Below, piece after piece: positions 20,064 through 30,083 of a stretch of 64,000 nucleotides of DNA. The stretch spans positions 3,397 to 67,396 of the forward strand of contig JADHVZ010000006.1 of assembly GCA_016783745.1 (NCBI GenBank), read 5' to 3'. The position numbers were made by a program, and so were the translations under genes. Position 1 is the stretch's first letter. Each line of letters begins with the position of its first letter. The DNA is from Candidatus Omnitrophota bacterium (GTDB lineage Bacteria; Omnitrophota; Gorgyraeia; JAHIPI01). The notes beneath the pieces were generated by a model. It did no database searches. It worked only from the letters and a program-made list of their open reading frames with translations, and was not told where the DNA came from.

Positions 20064-20108
20064 AAGAAGGGGGCAGCGTCAATGGACCAAATCTTACTTT
20101 TTTAACTC

Positions 20109-20729
20109 TTAATTCTTATGGGCGCCTATCTTGTTTTCATTACCGGCAAGCAGCCTTTTTATGTTACTCTTATGCTTGTAACTTATTATTATACAGATAG
20201 TTATGGCAAGTAGTACATTTTCTAGCCTATCGCCCATTAGAGCCGCTACTACGGGCAATGCCACCACTAAATGGAGTGACGCTAAAGATACATATTTGGT
20301 AAAAGCTAATGTTATGAAAAAGATTATGACCGCGGCTATCATGGCCTTCGGCATGAGTATTCCCAGTACCCCACAGCTTGTCGCGACACCTTTACCGCCT
20401 TTGAATTTTAAAAAAAAGCTCCAGTTATGGCCGCATACAGCACATAGTCCAAGCAAGGTGCGATACATCTCTATAGTGATGATCGCATTGTCATTATAGA
20501 AATAAGTTGCGATAAAAGTAACGGCTAGCACCCCCTTCAATATATCCACTATCAAGGTTATCAGCGCAGGCAGCTTTCCTACGGTCCTCAGCACATTTGT
20601 TGCCCCCACATTGCCGCTGCCCGCTTTGCGGACATCTATGCCTTTGATCTTTCCCATTAAATAGCTGGTCGGGATCGATCCTAATATGTATGCGGAAACC
20701 ATACCGAGTAGCGCGTATATTATGGCCAT
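20109..20729 (-). CDS. plsY: Glycerol-3-phosphate acyltransferase (acyl-phosphate dependent)
   Basis: 206 aa, 5 TM; GSGNVGATNVLR signature. Confidence 0.9.
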   Translation of the reverse strand: MAIIYALLGMVSAYILGSIPTSYLMGKIKGIDVRKAGSGNVGATNVLRTVGKLPALITLIVDILKGVLAVTFIATYFYNDNAIITIEMYRTLLGLCAVCGHNWSFFLKFKGGKGVATSCGVLGILMPKAMIAAVIIFFITLAFTKYVSLASLHLVVALPVVAALMGDRLENVLLAITICIIISYKHKSNIKRLLAGNENKIGAHKN

Positions 20730-20741
20730 TTCTTCTCCTGC

Positions 20742-22073
20742 TTATTTTTTATTCTTCTTCCGTTTTATTCTTATCCTTATCGGCACACCTGTAAGCCCCA
20801 GTTCATTCCTTAAAATATTTTTGATGCACTCTATATAATCACCTGAGACATTGCGCGGGTCATTGACCGATACCTCAAAAGTAGGCGGGGCCCCATCCTC
20901 CTGCTTCATGCCCTCTATCTTTATTAATTTACCGGAACGCACAAGCGGCACCTTATCGCTCATCTCTATTAGCTGCCGGATCCGCTTTATTTCATCGTCG
21001 GGAAACCTGGCCGTGATGTTTCTGAAGACCAGGCTTATAAGGGAGAATACATCCTCTAAGTTAAGGCCTGTTTTACAGGAGGTAAACAATACCGGTATGC
21101 CCCTGAGATATTTCATCTTTCTTACAAGCGCGTCCTGGTATTTAGCCATCTCAAATCCTGATATAAGGTCCCACTTATTGACGATGAGAAAAGAACCCTT
21201 CCCTGCCTCTTCCACAGAGCTTAGTATGCTCATATCGTCTCTTGTCAGCCCGTCATAAGCGTCTATCATGATCAAACTTATATCGCTTCGATCTATACTT
21301 TCTTTCGCCCTTAACATCCCGTAAACATCTACGGCGTCGTGTACCTTTCTTTTGTGGCGCATACCGGCCGTATCGACAATAATATAGTCGGTGTTCTGTC
21401 TCTTAAGATGTATGTCTATAGAATCCCTGGTAGTACCCGGTTCCTCGTGGACGATCACCCTCTCCTCATTTATTATCTTATTCACGAATGATGATTTTCC
21501 GACATTCGGCCTGCCGACTATCGCCACTCTTATGCCGGTCTCCGCGGGGCTTTCGTCGATCGACTGAGGCTTGATCCTTCCCGCGATGCTCTCGAGCAGC
21601 GTCGATATCCCGATATTATGGATCGCGGAAACAGGGTAAAGCTCGCCTATGCCGAAGGAATAAAATTCGCTTACATTCTCCTCCAATTTCTCATTATCCA
21701 CTTTATTCACGACGAGCACGATGTCCCCGCCGGATCTTCTTAAGACGGACAATATCTCCTCGTCCAGATTCGTTATTCCGTCGGTCACATCGCAGACAAA
21801 AAGTATTATATCAGCGCTTTCCAGCGCTATCTCGATCTGCCTTTTGATCATGCCGGAAATATGGTCGACGCGCCCAAAATCCAGTCCGCCGGTATCCACC
21901 AGCTCAAAGCTATATCCTTCCTTTTTAACTAAAGCGCTCACCCTGTCCCTGGTGGTGCCGGATTTCTTTTCGGTTATCGAGTGCCGCCGTCCGACGATCC
22001 TGTTAAACAGCGTCGATTTACCGACGTTAGGCCTTCCTATGATCGCGATCCTACTTATGCTTGACTGTTTCAT
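20742..22073 (-). CDS. der: Ribosome-associated GTPase Der/EngA (tandem GTPase domains + KH-like domain)
   Basis: 443 aa; two G domains (GRPNVGKST each with DTAG/NKxD). Confidence 0.9.
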   Translation of the reverse strand: MKQSSISRIAIIGRPNVGKSTLFNRIVGRRHSITEKKSGTTRDRVSALVKKEGYSFELVDTGGLDFGRVDHISGMIKRQIEIALESADIILFVCDVTDGITNLDEEILSVLRRSGGDIVLVVNKVDNEKLEENVSEFYSFGIGELYPVSAIHNIGISTLLESIAGRIKPQSIDESPAETGIRVAIVGRPNVGKSSFVNKIINEERVIVHEEPGTTRDSIDIHLKRQNTDYIIVDTAGMRHKRKVHDAVDVYGMLRAKESIDRSDISLIMIDAYDGLTRDDMSILSSVEEAGKGSFLIVNKWDLISGFEMAKYQDALVRKMKYLRGIPVLFTSCKTGLNLEDVFSLISLVFRNITARFPDDEIKRIRQLIEMSDKVPLVRSGKLIKIEGMKQEDGAPPTFEVSVNDPRNVSGDYIECIKNILRNELGLTGVPIRIRIKRKKNKK

Positions 22074-22611
22074 TTAACATCCTGTTTGTACGCACCAGAT
22101 AATAGATGCCTGAGGCAACCGTGAACAAGGCCGCCGCGCTCCATATGATATTAGAATAATTGAACCTTAAAAGAACGGCCAGGATCGTCATCATCTGCAA
22201 AAAAGTAGTGAATTTTCCGATCAGGCTTGGTTTGAATTCTATGGACCCGAACATCATCAATATCGCTGAAGCTCCGGTAAGTATGAATAAGTCTCTTGTT
22301 AAAACTATTATGAGGACCCAGGGCGGTATCCTGAGATGGCCGGGCACGGTGGATACAAATGTAAGGGTTATAAAGCTTACTACGATCAGGAATTTGTCGG
22401 CGAGCGGATCTAAAATGGCTCCCAGCCGACTCGCCTGTCCGTACCGGCGCGCTATATATCCGTCCACTGCGTCGGTAATAATAGCCGAGATAAAAATAGC
22501 GATAGGCAGGCCGGCCAGCACAGCATTATCCGCGCGGTAATACAGCATGGATAATACAAATAACGGCGTCAGCAACAACCTTATAAAAGAGAATTTATTG
22601 GCAAGATTCAT
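22051..22611 (-). CDS. pgsA: CDP-diacylglycerol--glycerol-3-phosphate 3-phosphatidyltransferase (CDP-alcohol phosphatidyltransferase family)
   Basis: 186 aa; DAVDGYIARRYGQASRLGAILDPLADK = D-G-x2-A-R-x8-G-x3-D-x3-D motif. Confidence 0.85.
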   Translation of the reverse strand: MNLANKFSFIRLLLTPLFVLSMLYYRADNAVLAGLPIAIFISAIITDAVDGYIARRYGQASRLGAILDPLADKFLIVVSFITLTFVSTVPGHLRIPPWVLIIVLTRDLFILTGASAILMMFGSIEFKPSLIGKFTTFLQMMTILAVLLRFNYSNIIWSAAALFTVASGIYYLVRTNRMLNETVKHK

Positions 22612-22655
22612 AATTTGAAGCTACTATATCACATGGCTATATCAAAGTCAATCAT

Positions 22656-22767
22656 TTGGGGACGTGTGAGAAGGGGACGGTCCAAAAGGGGACAGGTCAC
22701 TTAGATAGTATGGTGTGTCCCCTTTTGACACGTCCCCAAATGACACGTCCCCTTCTCACACGTCCCC
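22656..22767. repeat. REP-like dyad element, 'ggggacg' family: ggggacgtgtgagaaggggacggtccaaaaggggacaggtcac-[loop]-gtgtccccttttgacacgtccccaaatgacacgtccccttctcacacgtcccc
   Basis: ~110-bp imperfect palindrome, each arm carrying three ggggac words; abuts the stop codon of the truncated ABC ATPase. Confidence 0.8.
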
Positions 22768-22773
22768 TTTTTG

Positions 22774-23280
22774 CTACGGTTCATCCAGAAGAAGGATGTC
22801 CGCCTTCTGGATCAATGAAGCTGATATCATGATCTTCTGGTGTTCCCCGGAGCTCAGCGTGCCCATATCCCGCTCTTTAAAACGGCTCATATGAACGGCT
22901 TCCAGGGCCTCATCGACTTCGCGCTCATCTTCCGCGGTCACCATGGAAAAAGGATTGAGGTACGGATACTTGCTCAAAAGGATAAATTCATGAACTTTAA
23001 AAGGGTACGCTCTCGCGTCAGGCTGGGGAACATAACTCATCTCTTTGGCGAGGTCTTTCTGCTTAAAATGCCTTACTTCGGTTCCATTGATCTTTATACC
23101 GCCGGTCCCGCCGGTAAGGATCCTTATCATATTCTTTAGAAGCGTGGTCTTTCCCGCCCCGTTAGGGCCGACTATTGTCAGATATTCGCCCTTCTTCACG
23201 GAAAATCCTACGGAGCGCAGGATATCGCCGTTGCCGTAAGAGTATGAGAAATTTTCTACTTCTATAGCGAATTTTTCCAT
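22774..23280 (-). pseudogene. ABC transporter ATP-binding protein (iron-siderophore/cobalamin FepC/BtuD-like), C-terminally truncated: reading frame stops immediately after Walker B (..ILLLDEP*)
   Basis: 168 aa with Walker A GPNGAGKTT, Q-loop, signature LSSGEHQK, Walker B ILLLDEP then TAG; lacks D-loop/H-loop (~60-80 aa); stop lies 7 bp from palindromic element 22656-22767. Confidence 0.55.
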
Positions 23281-23286
23281 GTGGGA

Positions 23287-24144
23287 TCAGAGGACCTGCT
23301 CGATATCTCTCAATATCAAGGTAAAGCGGGGGCCGGGGATGGCTATGTAATCGCCGTTCAAAACGTGAATATCTCCGCTTTTAACGGCATTTACCTTATC
23401 GATAGTTTTCCATTCCTCAATTAATCCAGGCTTGTCCTCGTCAGGGATATGCGGCGCCATCTCCAGTATTATATCGGGATTCATCCTCATTATAGACTCT
23501 ACGGACAAGGTGGGATAACTTATATCATTATCGGAAGATACGTTTTCACAGCCCAGGATATCCAAAAGGTCGCTATAGAAGGTCTCTTTCCCCGCTACAT
23601 ATACATTTTCAAGCGAGCCTTTGTTTCTACTGACCGCTATCATTATCCGTTTAGCCGTTCTAAGCTCGGCTCTTTCCCGGAATGACTTTATACTATCCCG
23701 TTTATTATTCACTATCTCCCGCGCTTTATTTTTCACGCCGCATTTTAAGCCTATTTCTTCTATCGTAGTCAGTATACTGTCGACAGTTTGCGTGTTTACC
23801 GTAAAATGATCGATTTCCGTGGCATCAAAAAGTTTTTTTATCTCATCGTCATATTCGGACGGCGAGATCACCAGGTCCGGCTTCAGGAATATAATGGATT
23901 CGAAGTTAGTGTTCAGATATCCCCCTACCCTGAACTTATCATTCACATCCGGAGGATAACTGCAGAAGTCAGTCACTCCCACAACTTTATCCCCGAGTCC
24001 CAGCTCATAAAGTATCTCGGTTATGCTGGGAGACAAAGACACTATACGGTTATAGGTCATTTTTTGATCTTGCGCAAGGCAGGGCCGATAAAGAAATGTC
24101 AGGCAAAAAATTAGAATAAGCGTTTTTTTCATAAAAAATCTCAT
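23287..24144 (-). CDS. ABC transporter periplasmic substrate-binding protein, BtuF/FecB-like (cobalamin/iron-siderophore class)
   Basis: 285 aa with signal peptide; RIVSLSPSITEILYELGLGDKVVGVTDFCSYPP typical of BtuF-type binding proteins. Confidence 0.8.
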   Translation of the reverse strand: MRFFMKKTLILIFCLTFLYRPCLAQDQKMTYNRIVSLSPSITEILYELGLGDKVVGVTDFCSYPPDVNDKFRVGGYLNTNFESIIFLKPDLVISPSEYDDEIKKLFDATEIDHFTVNTQTVDSILTTIEEIGLKCGVKNKAREIVNNKRDSIKSFRERAELRTAKRIMIAVSRNKGSLENVYVAGKETFYSDLLDILGCENVSSDNDISYPTLSVESIMRMNPDIILEMAPHIPDEDKPGLIEEWKTIDKVNAVKSGDIHVLNGDYIAIPGPRFTLILRDIEQVL

Positions 24145-24253
24145 AGCTTCAACTCTTCTTTCGATAAATAATTATACCATAAAATGAGGTTAAAACGTAA
24201 CTTTTCCTCCGCTGTCTGCACTACGTTGATACCCGGTATATCTTTAAAAACGG

Positions 24254-24365
24254 GAGGGGACAGACACTTTTTTTGAAGAGTTGGGACAGACACTTTTTGT
24301 AGCTATATAAGTAACCTCAAAAAGTGTCTGTCCCTGACAACGCCGCAAAAAAAGTGTCTGTCCCC
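24254..24365. repeat. REP-like dyad element, 'gggacagacac' family: two gggacagacacttttt words on each arm around loop tagctatataagtaacctc
   Basis: Left arm ggggacagacactttttttgaagagttgggacagacacttttt; right arm is its reverse complement with a different inter-word spacer. Confidence 0.85.
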
Positions 24366-24371
24366 TTCATG

Positions 24372-24950
24372 CTATTTAAGCTTCTGGATGCGCCAGGGAG
24401 GCCACCAAATGAACATGGCCCTTCCTATAACATTCTCTTGCGGCACAAACCCCCAATACCGGGAGTCCTTGGAGCTGGCGCTGTTATCGCCCAGGACAAA
24501 ATAATCGTCTTCGGGGACATCGACAGGCCAACCCGACCTTCCGTAATAACCTTTATTATAATAGTGTATATTTTCGACCTCCGGCGGGCCATCCAGAGAT
24601 TTTCCGTTTATGATTATATCTCCGTTAGAGATCTCGACCGCTTCTCCGCCTTCGCCGACCAGCCGTTTTATAAAATCCTTCTTCTCATCCTCGGGATATT
24701 TAAAGACGATAATGTCTCCTCTCATGGGCTTCCTTAATCCCGGCAGCTTGATATCTGTAAACGGGATCTTAGGCCCATAAAGAAGTTTATTGACCATTAT
24801 CTTATCGCCTTCTTTTAATGTGGGCCTCATCGACCCGGAAGGGATCCTGAAAGCCTGAATAAAAAAAGCCCTTATGAATAACGCGAGAACAACCGCTATT
24901 ACAATTGATTCGACCCATTCCCTGATTATAGCTTTAGTGCTATGTCTCAT
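24372..24950 (-). CDS. lepB: Signal peptidase I (start placed at internal ATG 24950, directly after lepA stop)
   Basis: Catalytic Ser box IPSGSMRPTL and Lys box; the longer ORF (to 25082) would overlap lepA by 130 nt; MRHSTKAII start gives classic lepA-lepB coupling. Confidence 0.8.
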   Translation of the reverse strand: MRHSTKAIIREWVESIVIAVVLALFIRAFFIQAFRIPSGSMRPTLKEGDKIMVNKLLYGPKIPFTDIKLPGLRKPMRGDIIVFKYPEDEKKDFIKRLVGEGGEAVEISNGDIIINGKSLDGPPEVENIHYYNKGYYGRSGWPVDVPEDDYFVLGDNSASSKDSRYWGFVPQENVIGRAMFIWWPPWRIQKLK

Positions 24951-24952
24951 GA

Positions 24953-26746
24953 TCAAGCCTTTAGCGCGGCCATAAAAGCCTTTTGCGGTATTTGGACTTT
25001 TCCGAATTGCTTCATCTTTTTCTTGCCTTCTTTCTGCTTTTCCCAAAGCTTTCTTTTGCGCGTTATGTCCCCGCCGTAACATTTGCCCGTGACATTCTTC
25101 TTTAAGGGCTTGACGGTGGACCTGGCTATTATATTATTGCCTATCGCCGCCTGAATAGCGACTTCTATCATCTGCTTGGGTATCAGTTCCTTTAATTTAT
25201 CGACTATGGCGCGGCCTTTGAACTGGGCTTTTTCCCTGTGTATGATGGATGACATCGCGTCAAAGGGGTCTCCGTTTAAAAGTATATCCAACTTTACCAT
25301 ATCGCTCTCCTGGTAGTCAAGGAATTCGTAGTCAAGCGAACCGTAGCCTCTTGTAAGCGATTTTATCTTATCATAGAAATCCACTATGATCTCGGAAAGG
25401 GGCATTATGTATATCAGCTTGGCCTTCTTTTCTCCTATATACTCTGTGCTTATATACTCGCCCCTTTTGGATTCAGCAAGCTGCATCATGTTTCCTATTG
25501 ATTCGCTCGGGGTGATTATATAAGCGGATACATAAGGCTCTCTTATCTCCTGGATAAGGTTAACCGCCGGCAGCTTGCACGGATTGTCAACCTCTACCAT
25601 CTCGCCGTCTGTTTTCAGGATCCTGTATATTACGCTCGGGGTACTTACGACAAGATTAAGGTCATGCTCCCTCTCCAGTCTTTCCTGTATTATCTCCATA
25701 TGCAAAAGCCCCAGGAATCCGCAGCGGAAGCCGAAACCCAGCGACGCGGAACTCTCAGGCTCATAATGGAATGACGCGTCACTCAATCTTAATTTCGCCA
25801 TGGCGTCTTTTAAGGCCTCATAGTCTTTACTGTTTACGGGATATATCCCGCTAAAGACCATCGGCTGAAGTTTTTTATATCCCGGCAAGGATTCTTTGGC
25901 AGGGTCACTTGCCATGGTTATGGTATCCCCTATCTCTATTTCTCCGGCGTCTCTTATATTGCAAGTGAGATAGCCTACTTCCCCGCAGTACAACTTATCA
26001 ATAGCCTTCGCCTTCGGCGTAAAAACACCTATCTCCAGAACCTCATATTTTTTCTTAGTACTCATCATAAGGATCTCATCGCCCTTGCTTATGGATCCGT
26101 TTTTTATTCTGACATAAATAATAGCGCCTTTGTATGTATCATAGCTTGAATCAAATATCAGCGCCTGCAAAGGATTGGACTCACTCCCGCCGGGAGACGG
26201 GATCCTGTTAATGATCTCTTCGATCACGCTTATCACATTGGTCCCCTCTTTGGCGCTGACAAGAAGTATCTCTTCTCCCTGCCCCTTAAGGAGATTAACG
26301 ATCTGGTGCTTCACTTTTTCAGGCTCAGCGTTTGAAAGGTCTATCTTATTGATGACGGGTATTATAACGATATTATGCTCCATCGCCATATAAAGGTTGG
26401 CCACCGTCTGCGCCTGTATACCCTGAGCGGCATCCACAACCAGTAACGCGCCTTCGCAGGCCGCGACGGATTTTGACACTTCATAAGTAAAATCCACGTG
26501 CCCCGGGGTATCTATGAGATTAAGAATATACTCTTCGCCGGAGGTAGACTTATAGTGAAGCCTGACAGCGCTGGATTTTATGGTGATGCCTCTTTCCCGC
26601 TCGATGTCCATATCATCCAGCATCTGCGCGTGAAACTCCCTCTCCGTTATGGCAAATGTCAATTGCAGTATCCGGTCGGCGAGGGTGGACTTGCCGTGGT
26701 CGATATGCGCGATTATAGAAAAATTTCGAATTTTGCTGATGTCCAT
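24953..26746 (-). CDS. lepA: Elongation factor 4 (LepA)
   Basis: 597 aa; G-domain [21 protein letters not shown]; LepA-specific C-terminal domain. Confidence 0.95.
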   Translation of the reverse strand: MDISKIRNFSIIAHIDHGKSTLADRILQLTFAITEREFHAQMLDDMDIERERGITIKSSAVRLHYKSTSGEEYILNLIDTPGHVDFTYEVSKSVAACEGALLVVDAAQGIQAQTVANLYMAMEHNIVIIPVINKIDLSNAEPEKVKHQIVNLLKGQGEEILLVSAKEGTNVISVIEEIINRIPSPGGSESNPLQALIFDSSYDTYKGAIIYVRIKNGSISKGDEILMMSTKKKYEVLEIGVFTPKAKAIDKLYCGEVGYLTCNIRDAGEIEIGDTITMASDPAKESLPGYKKLQPMVFSGIYPVNSKDYEALKDAMAKLRLSDASFHYEPESSASLGFGFRCGFLGLLHMEIIQERLEREHDLNLVVSTPSVIYRILKTDGEMVEVDNPCKLPAVNLIQEIREPYVSAYIITPSESIGNMMQLAESKRGEYISTEYIGEKKAKLIYIMPLSEIIVDFYDKIKSLTRGYGSLDYEFLDYQESDMVKLDILLNGDPFDAMSSIIHREKAQFKGRAIVDKLKELIPKQMIEVAIQAAIGNNIIARSTVKPLKKNVTGKCYGGDITRKRKLWEKQKEGKKKMKQFGKVQIPQKAFMAALKA

Positions 26747-26771
26747 AATTCTGATTTTTGAGTCAATTTGA

Positions 26772-26820
26772 GGTTACGAGACGTTACGAGAGGTTACGAG
26801 AAGTTACGAAAGGTTACAGA
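26772..26820. repeat. Tandem decamer array (ggttacgaga cgttacgaga ggttacgaga agttacgaaa ggttacagaa), 'gttacgag' family
   Basis: Five direct 10-bp units filling the lepA/phosphohexomutase spacer; same word at 48704-48734. Confidence 0.85.
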
Positions 26821-26827
26821 ATCCCTC

Positions 26828-28246
26828 CTACTTTAAGCTGTTCGCTATCCTCTTGCCCGCGTCAAGCAGCTTGAGCGCCCTCTTATCGCTTGCCGCCTCC
26901 GAGTATATCCTTAATATCGGCTCGGTTCCCGAAAACCTGAGAAGAAGCCATGTCTTATCTTCCAGGATAAATTTCACTCCGTCGTATGATTTTACGTCCA
27001 CGACTTTTTTGCCTAATATTCTGGCCGGCGGCTTAACCTTCAGCGTATTCATAAGCTTCTGCTTAAGATGATCCGGATATCTTGTGTCTATGCGCCTGTA
27101 ATAGTAACTTCCGTATTCTTTCGCTATATCCTTTAGTATCGCGGACAACTTCTTATTCCTGTGGCACATCATCTCAAGCACCAGAAGGCCTGAGAGTATT
27201 CCGTCTCTCTCCGGAATATAGTTTTTGTATCCTATGCCTCCCGCTTCTTCTCCTCCGATCAGGATATCGTTAAATCTCATAAGGTCGCATATATATTTAA
27301 ATCCTACGGGCGTCTCGTATATCTTGAGGCCGTATTTCTCGCAGATCTTGTCTATAAGAACTGTCCCGCATATGGTCTGCACGACTGCACCCGTCATCTT
27401 CCTGTCTTCTAGAAAATGAAGCAGTAAAAGCGCGATCACCCTGTGCCCTGTCAGCACTTTGCCGTCCGGGCCGACTATAGCTACCCTGTCAACGTCTCCG
27501 TCTGTCGCTATGCCCAGGTCATATCCGCCCTTTTTCACGCCTTCCATCAAAGAGCCCAGATTCTTTTCGATAGGTTCCGGATTAATGCCTCCGAAATACG
27601 GGTCTCTATGGCTGCGGATAGTCACGACTTTATTCTTTGTCTTTGACAAGAGCTGCTCAGCAAAATTATACGCTGAGCCGTGCATCACATCCACCAGCAC
27701 CTTGAATTTTCCCTTCTTCAAAGCCTTCCAGTCCAGGTACGATGATAAAAAACGCAAATGTGCCGGGCAGACATTTTCATATTTCAACAGCCCGTTCTTA
27801 GCAAACTTTGTCGTGGTGGTCCTTTTAGGCTTGGTCTTATACAGGTTTTTCTCTATTTTTCCTGTGATCCCCGGATCCGCGCTGCCGGAATAGAACGCCT
27901 TGTACTTGATGCCGTTATAATAGGGCGGGTTATGGCTTGCGGTTATCATGACACCGCCGTTCAGCTTTTTATCCTTGATAGCGTAAGAGACTGCCGGAGT
28001 CGGTGACGGCCTGTCGGTAAGGATAACACGGATACCGTTAGTCACCAGATTTTTAGCCACTATTTCCGCGTATTTTTCCGACATGAAACGGGGGTCATAA
28101 CCGACTATGATCCTGATCACTTTTCCTCTATATTCTTTTTTTAGAAAATCGCTTATGGCCTGCGCCACGATCCTCACGTTTTCAAAAGTAAAGTCATCAC
28201 TTATTACGGCTCTCCATCCATCTGTTCCAAACTTGATCTTACTCAC
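26828..28246 (-). CDS. Phosphoglucomutase/phosphomannomutase family protein (alpha-D-phosphohexomutase)
   Basis: 472 aa; FGTDGWRA N-terminus and active-site TASHNP. Confidence 0.85.
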   Translation of the reverse strand: MSKIKFGTDGWRAVISDDFTFENVRIVAQAISDFLKKEYRGKVIRIIVGYDPRFMSEKYAEIVAKNLVTNGIRVILTDRPSPTPAVSYAIKDKKLNGGVMITASHNPPYYNGIKYKAFYSGSADPGITGKIEKNLYKTKPKRTTTTKFAKNGLLKYENVCPAHLRFLSSYLDWKALKKGKFKVLVDVMHGSAYNFAEQLLSKTKNKVVTIRSHRDPYFGGINPEPIEKNLGSLMEGVKKGGYDLGIATDGDVDRVAIVGPDGKVLTGHRVIALLLLHFLEDRKMTGAVVQTICGTVLIDKICEKYGLKIYETPVGFKYICDLMRFNDILIGGEEAGGIGYKNYIPERDGILSGLLVLEMMCHRNKKLSAILKDIAKEYGSYYYRRIDTRYPDHLKQKLMNTLKVKPPARILGKKVVDVKSYDGVKFILEDKTWLLLRFSGTEPILRIYSEAASDKRALKLLDAGKRIANSLK

Positions 28247-28250
28247 TTTA

Positions 28251-28889
28251 TTACCCCCTTAAATATTTTATCGCCTTTTTCATGTCAGGCGCGTTAAAAA
28301 TGTATGTACCGGCTACAAGAATATTCGCGCCGGCTTTAACAGCTTCCCTCGCGGTTATTTTGCTTATTCCGCCATCGACCTGTATATCGCCTTTATAGAT
28401 CTTTCTTAATTCTCTGATCTTCGGCATCATATCCCTCATAAATGCCTGGCCGCCGAATCCCGGCTCAACCGTCATGATCAGCACCATATCTATTTTTTTG
28501 AGATTCTTACGGATCATATCTATGCCGCTCTTAGGCTTTAGCGAAACACCGGCCTTTATGCCGGATGACTTGATGCGCGATAAAAGAGCGCCTATATTTC
28601 TCTCTGATTCCGCGTGGATGGTTATGATATCGCTTCCCGCCTTCCTAAACCCGTCTATATATTTAGAAGGCTCTTTTATCATAAGGTGCACATCAAGAGG
28701 TATGCTGGTGATCTTTCTTAAGTCACGTACCACCGAAGGCCCTATTGTAATATTAGGTACGAAGTGGCCGTCCATGATGTCGACGTGTATCATGTCCGCT
28801 CCGGCTGCCTCCGCTCTCTTTACCTCGCTGCCAAGTTTGCTGAAGTCCGCGGCGAGTATGGACGGTGCAATAAGTATTTTTCTAGCCAT
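28251..28889 (-). CDS. rpe: Ribulose-phosphate 3-epimerase
   Basis: 212 aa; IAPSILAADF...HVDIMDGHFVPNIT signature. Confidence 0.9.
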   Translation of the reverse strand: MARKILIAPSILAADFSKLGSEVKRAEAAGADMIHVDIMDGHFVPNITIGPSVVRDLRKITSIPLDVHLMIKEPSKYIDGFRKAGSDIITIHAESERNIGALLSRIKSSGIKAGVSLKPKSGIDMIRKNLKKIDMVLIMTVEPGFGGQAFMRDMMPKIRELRKIYKGDIQVDGGISKITAREAVKAGANILVAGTYIFNAPDMKKAIKYLRG

Positions 28890-28906
28890 TGTTTTCTCCG
28901 TAATTA

Positions 28907-28970
28907 CAAGGTCACCAGGTCACCAGGGGTTTTCTTATACTGGTGACGTGTGACTTTGTGACCTTGTGAC
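28907..28970. repeat. REP-like dyad element, 'gtcacc' family (aaggtcaccaggtcaccagg-ggttttcttata-ctggtgacgtgtgactttgtgaccttgtgac)
   Basis: Shares arm words and loop word with 18209-18345. Confidence 0.8.
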
Positions 28971-28999
28971 TCATGTATTTTAACATTATAATTCATTCT

Positions 29000-30058
29000 T
29001 CACCTTCGCACCATTATTGAATAGATCCTGGCGATATCCTCGAGCGTCACTACCCCGCAAATCGCGGAGTTGCGCAATACCGGCAGCGCCTTGATCTGGT
29101 TCTCCTCCATCAAGCGCTGCACCTTAGTAAGCTTGTCCTCGGGAGCAACATAAGGCACTTTGACTCTCATTATGTCGGATAGCGGCGTAGCGGGACCACT
29201 CTTATGCATAGCAAGAATAATGTCAGATCTTGTGGCGAACCCCACCATCTCAGCGCCATCCATCACAGGGAAGTCCTCCTGGTGCGCATGAAACACAAGT
29301 TCAAGCACTTTCGAGATCGTTGTACCCTTATCAAGCGTCATAAATTGCGAATTAAGTATATCCTTTACTCTATAGCCTTTCAAAGTCTCCCTGACGTCAA
29401 CATGGCTTTCTTCAGCCGACGCGGCCATGTAAATGAAAATTGCTATTAATATCAAAAAAGGGTGCCTGTAAACAAACCCTATATATCCGAAAAATATCGC
29501 GAATATATGCCCTATGTAAACCGCTATCTTTGTAGCTCTTCTGAAATCGATCCTGGTGGCAAGTATAGAACGCAGCAGCCTCCCGCCGTCCATCGGAAAT
29601 GCCGGCAATAGATTAAAAACAGCAAGCACTATGTTGATCAACGGGACCATCGCGACTGTATGGCGCCATGTGTTACCTAATGTGGGATTGCGCAAAATAC
29701 TCTTTGGCATCCACGGCGCGCTGCTAAGTATCAAATAAAGCAAGGCCGCTATAACGATGTTTGAAAGCGGGCCTACTATCGAAATAATGAATTCCTGCTT
29801 CGGGCTTTCCGGCATCTTGCTCATCGACGCCACTCCGCCTATAGGCAGAAGCGTGATGTCCCTTACCTTTATACCGAATTTCCTTGCCGCTAAACTATGG
29901 GTCAGCTCATGGATAGTCACGCAGATAAATACAATAAGCACAAGCACCATGGATTTCAACCCTCCGATCATAAGAAAAATGACCGGCAAAAAAAGGAAGG
30001 TAATATGAACATTGACGGATATCCCTAAGACCTTGAATAATTTAATAGATCCCTTCAT
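29000..30058 (-). CDS. Site-2 protease family (M50) zinc metalloprotease with C-terminal CBS-domain pair
   Basis: 352 aa; HELTH zinc motif in TM helix, multiple TM segments, CBS-like repeats at C-terminus. Confidence 0.8.
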   Translation of the reverse strand: MKGSIKLFKVLGISVNVHITFLFLPVIFLMIGGLKSMVLVLIVFICVTIHELTHSLAARKFGIKVRDITLLPIGGVASMSKMPESPKQEFIISIVGPLSNIVIAALLYLILSSAPWMPKSILRNPTLGNTWRHTVAMVPLINIVLAVFNLLPAFPMDGGRLLRSILATRIDFRRATKIAVYIGHIFAIFFGYIGFVYRHPFLILIAIFIYMAASAEESHVDVRETLKGYRVKDILNSQFMTLDKGTTISKVLELVFHAHQEDFPVMDGAEMVGFATRSDIILAMHKSGPATPLSDIMRVKVPYVAPEDKLTKVQRLMEENQIKALPVLRNSAICGVVTLEDIARIYSIMVRR

Positions 30059-30083
30059 GATTCCACGCTTATCGCCGGCGGTT

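Noticed and set aside
24145-24253. Cobalamin riboswitch upstream of the BtuF-like binding protein
   Set aside because: No B12-box (GCCACTG) or conserved riboswitch core elements are visible on the transcribed strand. The region is instead occupied by the gggacagacac palindrome.
24951-25082. Long N-terminal extension of lepB overlapping lepA by 130 nt, as given in the ORF track
   Set aside because: The extension ([29 protein letters not shown]...) is the +1-frame translation of the lepA 3' end. The internal ATG at 24950 gives the canonical lepA-stop/lepB-start junction and a normal N-terminal TM anchor.
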